A DNA stretch of 64,000 nt from a bacterium (lineage in GTDB: Bacteria > UBP6 > UBA1177), in the NCBI GenBank assembly GCA_017963125.1, contig JAGCUA010000030.1:21513-85512 (forward strand), given 5' to 3'. The translations under genes and the position numbers were made by a program. Below, in pieces: positions 20,100 to 28,463 of the stretch (its first letter is position 1; the number at the start of each line of letters is the position of its first letter). The notes under the pieces are model-generated. The model searched no databases, was not told the origin of the DNA, and was given only the letters and a program-made list of their open reading frames with translations.

Positions 20100-20372
20100 T
20101 TGGCTCACCACAGATCGGCAAAAAAAAGAATTAGAACAAGTGAAAAAAGAAGACTTTACAACCGTTCTATCAAATCAAGAGTAAAAACTTTCTCGCACTA
20201 CTTCGAAGCAGCAGCTGAGACGGCTGAGAACCGCGAAGATGCAGTCGCAAAACTTAATACGGCAATAAGCGAAATCCAGAAAGCTGCAAGCAAAGGCGTT
20301 CTTCACAAAAACACCGCTGCAAGAAAGGTCGCAAGACTTGCACGCCAGTTCAACAGAACTTTCTCAAAATAA
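20100..20372 (+). CDS. rpsT: 30S ribosomal protein S20
   Basis: AHHRSAKKRIR...KGVLHKNTAARK; TTG start at 20100 after GGAGG. Confidence 0.95.
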   Translation: MAHHRSAKKRIRTSEKRRLYNRSIKSRVKTFSHYFEAAAETAENREDAVAKLNTAISEIQKAASKGVLHKNTAARKVARLARQFNRTFSK

Positions 20373-20375
20373 GTT

Positions 20376-21611
20376 TTGAAATACTCTCTTATACTCCGAA
20401 ACATTTCTGAAATTTTTACCGCTACAACTTTATCTCCGGTTTTAAAAGGTTCATCTCTTCTTATTGCAGCTGACGAAGAGGGAAAAATCTGCTTTGCCGG
20501 AGAAAACGCGGATTTCAGAAAAACGGAACCCGGTTTCGAAACAAAATTCAAGGAAGTTATTGTCGATGCCGGAAACAAAGCAGTTTTCCCGGGTCTTGTC
20601 GACAGTCACACGCATCTTGTTTTCGCGGCGACACGCGAGGACGAGTTCGCGATGAAATCGAGAGGTGCTACCTACGAGGAAATCGCAGCGGCTGGCGGCG
20701 GAATAATCAACAGCACCCTGAAAACGAAAAAAGCGTCGCTTGAAGAGATTGTCGAACAGGCTTCAAAACGCCTTTCGCAGCTTGTTTCCTACGGCGTGAC
20801 GACGGTCGAAATCAAATCGGGCTACGGTTTAGACACCGAAAGCGAACTCAAACTGCTCACAGCGATTTCCGAACTCAAAAAACGTTTCCCGATCGAAATA
20901 GTTTCGACTTTCCTCGGCGCTCACGCTTATCCGCCCGAATTCAAAAACGACCACGAAGGCTACATCAGCCTCATAAACAACGAGATGCTGCCTGAAATAA
21001 AGGCCCGCAACCTTGCCGAATTCGCCGATGTTTTCTGCGAAGAAGGCTATTTTTCGCTCAAAGAGACCGAAAAACTTATGCTCAGAGCGAAAGAACTCGG
21101 TTTTGGGTTAAAACTTCACGCGGACGAATTCCACTCTCTCGGCGGAACAGAACTCGCAGCCGAAATGGGAGCGGCATCCGTTGACCATCTCGAGGCGATA
21201 AGCGACGAAGGGATCAGAAAACTTGCAGAAAACGGCGTTGTCGCAGGCGTTCTGCCAATAACTTCCGTTTTTTCGAGGCTTCCGTTCGCTCCGGCGCGCA
21301 AAATGCTTGAAAACGGCGTAACTGTCGCTTTAGCTACCGACATGAACCCAGGAAGCTGCATGTGCGGATTTTTACCGCTTGCAGCAAGTCTCGGCGCAAC
21401 GCAGCTCCGTCTCAGCGTAGAAGACTCACTCAAAGGAATCACAATAAACGGCGCAAAATCTCTGAAAAGAGACAAGACCAAAGGCTCCATCGAAACCGGC
21501 AAGGACGCAGACCTCGTCATCATGGATTCACCGAGCGTCTCATATCCGATTTACCACTTCGCGCACAACCACTGCAAAAAAGTGTTCGTCAAAGGAAAAC
21601 AGATCCTCTGA
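20376..21611 (+). CDS. hutI: Imidazolonepropionase
   Basis: PGLVDSHTH, YEEIAAAGGGI, EIKSGYGL, FLGAH, DVFCE, LHADE, DHLE, TDMNPGS. Confidence 0.95.
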   Translation: MKYSLILRNISEIFTATTLSPVLKGSSLLIAADEEGKICFAGENADFRKTEPGFETKFKEVIVDAGNKAVFPGLVDSHTHLVFAATREDEFAMKSRGATYEEIAAAGGGIINSTLKTKKASLEEIVEQASKRLSQLVSYGVTTVEIKSGYGLDTESELKLLTAISELKKRFPIEIVSTFLGAHAYPPEFKNDHEGYISLINNEMLPEIKARNLAEFADVFCEEGYFSLKETEKLMLRAKELGFGLKLHADEFHSLGGTELAAEMGAASVDHLEAISDEGIRKLAENGVVAGVLPITSVFSRLPFAPARKMLENGVTVALATDMNPGSCMCGFLPLAASLGATQLRLSVEDSLKGITINGAKSLKRDKTKGSIETGKDADLVIMDSPSVSYPIYHFAHNHCKKVFVKGKQIL

Positions 21612-21651
21612 TAACCGATTTTTTCAAAAAATCTCCGAAATCAGAATCTCT

Positions 21652-21747
21652 AAATTTCGGGGGATTACATAAAATCGCAAAAAAAATTTTGGGGGATTAC
21701 ACGAAATCTCAAAAAAAATTTGCGGGGATTTTAGAAACATGCTATTT
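21652..21747 (+). repeat. Three direct repeats, 32-bp period, upstream of AAA_14/DUF4143 gene 1
   Basis: GGGGATT core at 21660, 21692 and 21724; units 1 and 2 are 28/32 identical; followed by TGCTATTT at 21740. Confidence 0.85.
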
Positions 21748-21772
21748 TGTCAATGATTTTAGGAGGTGTTGC

Positions 21773-23104
21773 ATGAGCAAGGTTTTTAAACGCAAATTAT
21801 ATGAAAGACTTCTTAAATGGAAAAATGAGCGACAGGGACGAACTGCAATATTGGTTGAAGGTGCAAGACGTGTCGGAAAATCTACATTGGTGGAAGAGTT
21901 CGCCAGAAACGAATATCAAAACTATATTTTAATTGATTTCAACAAAGCTCTGAAGGAGACAATCGCGCTTTTTGATGATCTGACCGATCTCGATTTTATA
22001 TTTACGGCCCTGCAGAATACCTACAATGTTCAGCTCGTCGAGCGGAAATCGCTGATAATTTTCGATGAAGTGCAGAAGTGCCCGAGGGCGCGGCAGGCAA
22101 TCAAATATCTCGTTGCCGACGGCAGATACGATTACATCGAAACAGGTTCGCTTGTCAGCATCCGCAAAAACACGCAGGATATCACTATCCCGAGCGAGGA
22201 AGAGCGCGTGACGATGTATCCGATGGATCATGAAGAGTTCCGCTGGGCTCTTGACGACGAAGTTTCAATACCGCTTTTGAAAATATCCTACGACAAAAAA
22301 ATTCCGCTTGGGGCGGCTCATCGCAAAAAAATGCGCGATTTCAGGCTTTACATGCTTGTCGGGGGTATGCCGCAGGCGGTTGACACTTATCTGCGGACGA
22401 AAAATTTCAAGGCTGTCGACGATACGAAGCGCGATATCATCCGCCTTTACGAAGAAGATTTCCGCAAAATCGACCCAACAGGAAAAATCGGACAGCTTTT
22501 CATGGATATTCCAGCCCAGCTTTACCGCTCCGCAGGAAGATTCGTTGCTTTCAACAGTATCGGCGGAGTTTCCGAAGATAAAAAAGCGGAACTTTTACAG
22601 GCGCTTTCAGAAAGCAAAACCACACTTTTCTGCTACCACTGCACCGATCCGAATGTCGGAATGTCGCTTTCGAAAGATCTTAACCGCTACAAAATTTTTC
22701 TTGCAGACACAGGTCTCTTCGTGACGCTCTGCTTCTGGGACAAGGATTACACAGAAAACGTGATTTACGACAAGCTGCTCAGTGACAAACTCGATGCCAA
22801 TTTAGGCTACATCTATGAAAACATGGTGGCACAGATGCTTGCAACCGCCGGGAACAGACTTTTTTATTACACTTTTCCGAAAGACGAAAAACACAGCTAT
22901 GAAATTGATTTTCTACTGTCGCGCGGCAACAAACTCTGCCCGATAGAAGTCAAATCTTCAGGCTACAAAACGCACAAATCATTGGACGCATTCTGCGAAA
23001 AATTCTCGTCCCGCATCGGCTGCAGATACCTGATTTACGCAAAAGATCTGGTCAAAGACGGTGAAACCACCTGCCTGCCGGTATATTTCACCCCGTTTTT
23101 ATGA
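21773..23104 (+). CDS. AAA_14 ATPase with DUF4143 (PD-(D/E)XK-like) C-terminal domain
   Basis: GARRVGKS, IFDEVQ, VGGMP, LADTGL, YENMV, EIDF, PIEVKS; AGGAGG RBS before ATG 21773. Confidence 0.9.
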   Translation: MSKVFKRKLYERLLKWKNERQGRTAILVEGARRVGKSTLVEEFARNEYQNYILIDFNKALKETIALFDDLTDLDFIFTALQNTYNVQLVERKSLIIFDEVQKCPRARQAIKYLVADGRYDYIETGSLVSIRKNTQDITIPSEEERVTMYPMDHEEFRWALDDEVSIPLLKISYDKKIPLGAAHRKKMRDFRLYMLVGGMPQAVDTYLRTKNFKAVDDTKRDIIRLYEEDFRKIDPTGKIGQLFMDIPAQLYRSAGRFVAFNSIGGVSEDKKAELLQALSESKTTLFCYHCTDPNVGMSLSKDLNRYKIFLADTGLFVTLCFWDKDYTENVIYDKLLSDKLDANLGYIYENMVAQMLATAGNRLFYYTFPKDEKHSYEIDFLLSRGNKLCPIEVKSSGYKTHKSLDAFCEKFSSRIGCRYLIYAKDLVKDGETTCLPVYFTPFL

Positions 23105-23110
23105 TAATTC

Positions 23111-23138
23111 TTGCCAACCCGTATAAAATACCTATAAT
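23111..23138 (+). promoter_or_regulatory. sigma70-like promoter
   Basis: TTGCCA, 16-bp spacer, TATAAT. Confidence 0.55.
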
Positions 23139-23197
23139 TTTGCGGTTTTTTGTTTAAAAACCAAATTGTTTTTTTGATGATAAATCTGGAGCTCAAA

Positions 23198-24157
23198 ATG
23201 AAAAAACTTTCGCTCGTTTTGATTATTTTGTGTGCATTTTTCAAAATATTCGCCGATGATGACGACAAACTCCGGCTCGCCGTTATGGAATTTGAAGACA
23301 GAAGCGGTACTTTGTCTAAACAGCTTCTTTCCGATGCGACTGAATATCTCCGCAGTGCACTGACAAGCGCAAACAAATACACGGTCATCGCAAAAGAACG
23401 GCAGGAACAGGCAATGATAAAGGAGATGAAGAAGGAATCCTACAAAGAATGTAACGACAAAAACTGCCAGATTCCGCTCGGTCAGGCTCTTTCAGCAGAC
23501 ACAATTTTGCGGACAACAATCATGCGTTTAGGCAAAACTTTTGTAATCGCATCCGAGCTTATTGACCTTACAAAAGAGGCAACAATTGTCGGTGCGCGTG
23601 AGAAATATGACGGCTCAGAAGAATCGCTCAGCATCGCTCTTGACAATATCGCCGAAAAGGTTATCGCGGCTTATGAATCAATTTATAATTCAGATAGTTC
23701 GACAAACGATAATTATGAGCGTAAAGAGAACAACAGCTACTCGAATTCAAACAACTATTCCAATAATTACCAGCCGACCAGTAACTATAACGGGGATGCC
23801 GACCGCGACGAAAAAAGAGCTCTGGCTGAAGCTCAGGAAAACCTCGAATACAACAGAAAAATAAAAATAGCAGGTTACAGCATGCTTGGGATAGGTGCCG
23901 GCATTGTTCTAATCGGTGGAATACTTTTCGGTGTAAGTGCTCCTTCTTATGATCCATCTGCAGGAAAAGATGACAACGAGGGGTTAGTTAATGGCGGCTT
24001 AACAATGATTTGCATAGGTTCCGGAGTAATCGTAACAGGTGTAATCATGGCACCGATCGGAGCTGTCAGAGAGAAAAAAGCAAGAATCGAACTCAACACT
24101 CTTGCTGTAGCTCCGACAAAAGGCGGTGCTTATGCGTCGGTAGGTTTCAGTTTTTAG
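23198..24157 (+). CDS. Exported protein: CsgG/TolB-N-like domain, Asn/Ser/Tyr linker, Gly-rich hydrophobic hairpin, aromatic C-terminus
   Basis: Signal peptide MKKLSL...; LAVMEFED...C..KNCQIPLGQALSAD; ends GGAYASVGFSF. Confidence 0.55.
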   Translation: MKKLSLVLIILCAFFKIFADDDDKLRLAVMEFEDRSGTLSKQLLSDATEYLRSALTSANKYTVIAKERQEQAMIKEMKKESYKECNDKNCQIPLGQALSADTILRTTIMRLGKTFVIASELIDLTKEATIVGAREKYDGSEESLSIALDNIAEKVIAAYESIYNSDSSTNDNYERKENNSYSNSNNYSNNYQPTSNYNGDADRDEKRALAEAQENLEYNRKIKIAGYSMLGIGAGIVLIGGILFGVSAPSYDPSAGKDDNEGLVNGGLTMICIGSGVIVTGVIMAPIGAVREKKARIELNTLAVAPTKGGAYASVGFSF

Positions 24158-24330
24158 ATTTTCACAAATTCCCCAGAATTTCTTGAATCCACGATGAATC
24201 CATGATTTCGAAAGCAAAACATTTTTTGCCAAGATCCTTGAGAGATGCGCCACCTTAAATCATCATATCCTTGCAATAAAATTTTTTAAAAATATAAGGT
24301 TGCGGGTGTTTTTTTGTAATCGGAGGAGAA

Positions 24331-27300
24331 ATGCAGGAGCGTCTCGGAATTGACATCGGGTCAACATTCATCACTGTTTTTTCAAAGAATGAGAATAAAA
24401 TCGTTTTCCGCGCAAGGCATGGCGGAAAAATCACTGAAATAATTAAGAAAATTTTTGCTGACGCGGATAAAGAAACATGTGTCCGCTTTACCGGAAAGAA
24501 TGCGGCGGAGTTTGCCAAAGTAAGAAGCGATATTTTTGTTTCGGAAGCCGAGGCGGCAAGTGCTGAACTCAAAAGTGAGGAATTTGCAGGAAAGGATTAT
24601 GCCGCGATCATCGGAATAGGAGCCTCGTCGCTCAAAAAATATGTAATAAAATCTGGAAAGATTTCCGATATTTCCTCAAATTCGCTCTGCGCTTCGGGAA
24701 CGGGACTTTTTCTTGAAGAACAGGCAGAGAGGCTTTCGATCGACCTTGAAAATATGCCGGCTCTCGATATCGCGGAACCGCCTTCTATCGCCAGCAGATG
24801 CACTGTTTTCGCTAAAAGCGACCTCATCCACCACCAGCAGGAAGGACGCACGAAAGAGGAAATGTGGGCGGGAATGTGCCGCGCACTCGTCGTTTCGGCG
24901 ACGAACACCCTTTTCCGCGGCCTTGAAATAAAGGGAAACTTCCTTCTCATCGGCGGAGTCAGCCTGAACAAAGAGGTCGTCCGCTGGTTCAGGACTCTTT
25001 TCCCCGCTTCGTCGTGGACTGTTCCCGCTTCCAGCGAGGCTTTTCTTGCAAAAGGTGCGGCGGAAGCGGCTGTCGTAAAGATTTCGGAGATCGATCCCGA
25101 CAAACTCAGACATTCTTTCGTAACTGAAAAAATGCCGCCGCTAACGCTCAAAAAGAGCAAATATCCGGTTTTCGCGGAATTTACTCTCGACGAGCTCGGC
25201 AACGAAATCAGGATCCACAATGCCGCTTACAAAGAGATCCCTGAAGCGATCCTCGGCATGGATATCGGCTCCACAAGCACGAAACTGGCACTTCTCGATA
25301 TGAAAGGAGTTCCTGTTCTCGATATTTACAGAAAAACCGGCGGCGACCCTGTGAATGCGGCGAAAAAGCTCTTCAAAGCGCTTTATTCTCTGATTCCCGA
25401 AACTACAAAGATCCGCGCTTTCGGTACGACTGGTTCAGGCAGAAAACTTGCCGGAATAATTTTCGGAGCAGATGCGATAATCAACGAGATCACGGCTCAT
25501 GCGAGAGGAACGGCGTCGATGTTCCCGGAAGTCGAAACGATTTTCGAGATCGGCGGACAGGACGCGAAATTCATCCGTCTCAAAAACGGAATGCCCGAAG
25601 AAGTCAACATGAACTATGTCTGCGCGGCTGGAACTGGCTCTTTTGTCGAGGAACAGGCAAGAAAGCTTGAAATCCCGATAAATCTGGTCGGAAAAATGAC
25701 AGAAGACGTTGTTCCGCCGGCTACGAGCGACCGCTGCACAGTCTTTATGGAGCAGGATATCCGCGCGCTCTTGCAGCAGGGTTTCGACAAAAAGGAAGTT
25801 ATCGCGGCTGTGCTTTATTCCGTTGCGAAAAACTATCTCAACAGAGTCGTCGGAAACCGCAAAATCAGTCAGGATAAAATTTTCTTCCAGGGGGCTACTG
25901 CCCGTAACAAAGGGCTTGCGGCAGCTTTCGAGAATCTGCTCGGCGTTGAGATCATCGTTTCTCCATACTGCCATGTCATGGGTTGCATCGGAGCAGCATT
26001 GGTAGCGCTGGAAGAAGTTTCGGCAAAGAAAGATTCTAAAGAGTCTGCGTTCCGTGGAGCTGAATCGGCGACGATCGAAGTCACTTCAAGAACCGAAACC
26101 TGCAAACTTTGCAGCAACTTCTGCCGGATAAACCACATTTCGGAAAAAGGAGGCAGAGAGTCTTCGTGGGGTTACGGATGCGGAAGAGACGCCGAAACGA
26201 CAACGCGCCGTGAGATCAAGGAATTCGAGCTTATAAAAAAGAGAAACTCGTCATTTTTCAAGAGCATGCTTCCTGAAAAAGAGCCGGTCGGAAAAGTGGG
26301 GATCCCGCTTGCAGTATCGAGCTGGACCTTTCTTCCGCTCTGGAGAAAAATGTTCTCGCTTCTCAGTATCGAAAGCGTGATCTCGGCACCTTCGACAACA
26401 CCTGCGATCAAAGGGCTTTCGTCAAAATATTCGGCATCCGATTTCTGCTTCCCGGTCAAAACTTCGATAGGCCACACACTTGAACTTGCAAACAAAAATA
26501 TTCCTGTTTTCTACCCGACTCTCATTTCTGCCGGCGACAACGTAAAAACGGCGATCAGCTTCTTCTGTCCTTATGTTCAGAGCAATCCGTCGATAATTTC
26601 GACCGTCATGGAAAAGAACGGAATGGATCCGAAGACAAAAATAATCGACCCTGTGATCGATTTCAGAATGTCGGACGACAAAAACGGGACTCTCATTTTC
26701 AAGGCTCTTGAACCCTTCTTCCCGACTCTCAAGGAAAAACAGGTGAGAAAGGCGTGGAAAGAGGCCAGAGACTACTACAGAAAAGAGACCGAGCGGCTTA
26801 TCGACGAAGGCGAAGCGATGCTTAAAAACGCGAAAAACGCGAAAAATGCGAAAAAGCCTCTCTTTCTTCTTGTCGGCAGACCTTACAACCTTTACGACAA
26901 AGGTATCAACCTCGGTCTGCCCGAAACCATCGCGGGAATGGGCTTCGACGTGCTTCCGATAGACATGATGAAGATAAATGTCGGTGGACTTGCCGACACG
27001 AACTACTGGAATCTTTTCTGGAATTACGGTCAGAAGATCATCGCCGCGCTGAAAAGAGCGAAAAAAGAGGAAAATGTCTTTCCGATCTATCTCACCAACT
27101 TCTCATGCGGCCCAGACAGCTTCATTCTTTCTTTCGCCGAGAACGAAATGAAAGGAAAACCGATGCTTATCCTGGAGCTTGACGAGCACTCGAGCGACGG
27201 CGGATACCTCACAAGAGTAGAAGCTTTCATCGATGTCGTCAAAAGCTACATGAAAGGTGTGAAAGAATCCGACGAACATCCCCTTCCCGACATATATCTT

Positions 27301-28461
27301 GCGGACAAAAAACTCAAAGCCGGCAAAATATGGATCCCGCCGATGCACTTCGGTTCGCCTCTTTTCGCTGCAGCTTTCAGAGGTTTCGGCTATGACGCAG
27401 TGGCGATCCCGCTTGAAACGAAGCACGATTTCATGACGGGCAAACGCTTTACACGCGGTCAGGAGTGCCTTCCGATGATTTTAACTCTGGGAGCATTCAT
27501 CAACCAGATAAAAAAAGAGCCTGAAAAACAGCACACATTCTTCATGCCTTCTTCGGAAGGACCGTGCAGGCTCGGGCAGTACAACATGCTCGACAGGATC
27601 GCATTCGAAAAACTCGGACTCAAAAATGTCGATATCCTCGCTCCTTCAAGCATAAACTCATATCAGGGGGTCGAGGAACAGCTCAGAAGATACCTGATGC
27701 ATTCAATTATCACGAGTGACTCGTTGATGAAAATGACGACAAGGACAAGGCCGTACGAAAAGACAAAAGGTGATGTCGATGCCTTTTTAGAAAAGGCTAT
27801 GCGCACTCTTGAAAGTGTTTTCGAGCAGAAAAAAAATCCGCTTCCTGTCGTTGAAGAACTCGCTTCCGAACTTGCAAGGATCCCGCGTTACAACGAGAAG
27901 AAGCCGCTTGTCGGGATCGTCGGCGAAATATATGTGAGAAGCAACGCCTGCGCAAACGAGAATCTGATCCGCGTGATCGAGGAAAACGGCGGCGAAGCAT
28001 GGCTTGCGCCGCTTTTCGAGTGGATGATTTATACTGTATGGGTACAGGATTTCATGACGAAACAGAAGGCGTTTTCCCTCTTCGGAAGAGGCGAATCGCT
28101 TATCAAAAACCTCTATGTCTCGCATGTCGACGAATTATACTGCAAAGCAACAGAAAAGATTCTTTACGACCGTCACGAGCCTGCGATAAAAGAGACTCTT
28201 GGCGAAGGAATGAAGTATCTCCACCCCGAATTTGTAGGAGAAGCGATCCTCACCGTCGGACGCGCCATCATGTTCGCGAAACAGGGAGCCTCGATGATCG
28301 TCAATGTCTCGCCTTTCGGCTGCATGCACGGGACAATCACCGATTCGATTTTCCAAGAAGTAAAAAGCACATACAACATTCCGATAGTTTCGCAGTTCTA
28401 CGACGGTGACATCGATATCAACGGAAAAGTCGCCGATATGCTGAACATGGGAAAACATTGA
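24331..28461 (+). CDS. CoA-substrate-specific enzyme activase / 2-hydroxyacyl-CoA dehydratase-like fusion (2x BcrAD/BadFG ATPase + DUF2229)
   Basis: GIDIGST twice, CASGTG/CAAGTGSF, RCTVF twice, CFPVK, NFSCGPD, GPCRLGQY, PFGCM. Confidence 0.9.
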   Translation: MQERLGIDIGSTFITVFSKNENKIVFRARHGGKITEIIKKIFADADKETCVRFTGKNAAEFAKVRSDIFVSEAEAASAELKSEEFAGKDYAAIIGIGASSLKKYVIKSGKISDISSNSLCASGTGLFLEEQAERLSIDLENMPALDIAEPPSIASRCTVFAKSDLIHHQQEGRTKEEMWAGMCRALVVSATNTLFRGLEIKGNFLLIGGVSLNKEVVRWFRTLFPASSWTVPASSEAFLAKGAAEAAVVKISEIDPDKLRHSFVTEKMPPLTLKKSKYPVFAEFTLDELGNEIRIHNAAYKEIPEAILGMDIGSTSTKLALLDMKGVPVLDIYRKTGGDPVNAAKKLFKALYSLIPETTKIRAFGTTGSGRKLAGIIFGADAIINEITAHARGTASMFPEVETIFEIGGQDAKFIRLKNGMPEEVNMNYVCAAGTGSFVEEQARKLEIPINLVGKMTEDVVPPATSDRCTVFMEQDIRALLQQGFDKKEVIAAVLYSVAKNYLNRVVGNRKISQDKIFFQGATARNKGLAAAFENLLGVEIIVSPYCHVMGCIGAALVALEEVSAKKDSKESAFRGAESATIEVTSRTETCKLCSNFCRINHISEKGGRESSWGYGCGRDAETTTRREIKEFELIKKRNSSFFKSMLPEKEPVGKVGIPLAVSSWTFLPLWRKMFSLLSIESVISAPSTTPAIKGLSSKYSASDFCFPVKTSIGHTLELANKNIPVFYPTLISAGDNVKTAISFFCPYVQSNPSIISTVMEKNGMDPKTKIIDPVIDFRMSDDKNGTLIFKALEPFFPTLKEKQVRKAWKEARDYYRKETERLIDEGEAMLKNAKNAKNAKKPLFLLVGRPYNLYDKGINLGLPETIAGMGFDVLPIDMMKINVGGLADTNYWNLFWNYGQKIIAALKRAKKEENVFPIYLTNFSCGPDSFILSFAENEMKGKPMLILELDEHSSDGGYLTRVEAFIDVVKSYMKGVKESDEHPLPDIYLADKKLKAGKIWIPPMHFGSPLFAAAFRGFGYDAVAIPLETKHDFMTGKRFTRGQECLPMILTLGAFINQIKKEPEKQHTFFMPSSEGPCRLGQYNMLDRIAFEKLGLKNVDILAPSSINSYQGVEEQLRRYLMHSIITSDSLMKMTTRTRPYEKTKGDVDAFLEKAMRTLESVFEQKKNPLPVVEELASELARIPRYNEKKPLVGIVGEIYVRSNACANENLIRVIEENGGEAWLAPLFEWMIYTVWVQDFMTKQKAFSLFGRGESLIKNLYVSHVDELYCKATEKILYDRHEPAIKETLGEGMKYLHPEFVGEAILTVGRAIMFAKQGASMIVNVSPFGCMHGTITDSIFQEVKSTYNIPIVSQFYDGDIDINGKVADMLNMGKH

Positions 28462-28463
28462 TT

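Noticed and set aside
21652-21747. The 32-bp repeat triplets (here and at 58781-58871) as mini-CRISPR arrays
   Set aside because: The period is too short, the inter-core sequences resemble each other rather than being unique spacers, and no cas genes are present.
21362-21772. 137-aa N-terminal extension of the AAA protein in the ORF track
   Set aside because: It overlaps hutI and the repeat/promoter region. A strong AGGAGG RBS and family length support ATG 21773.
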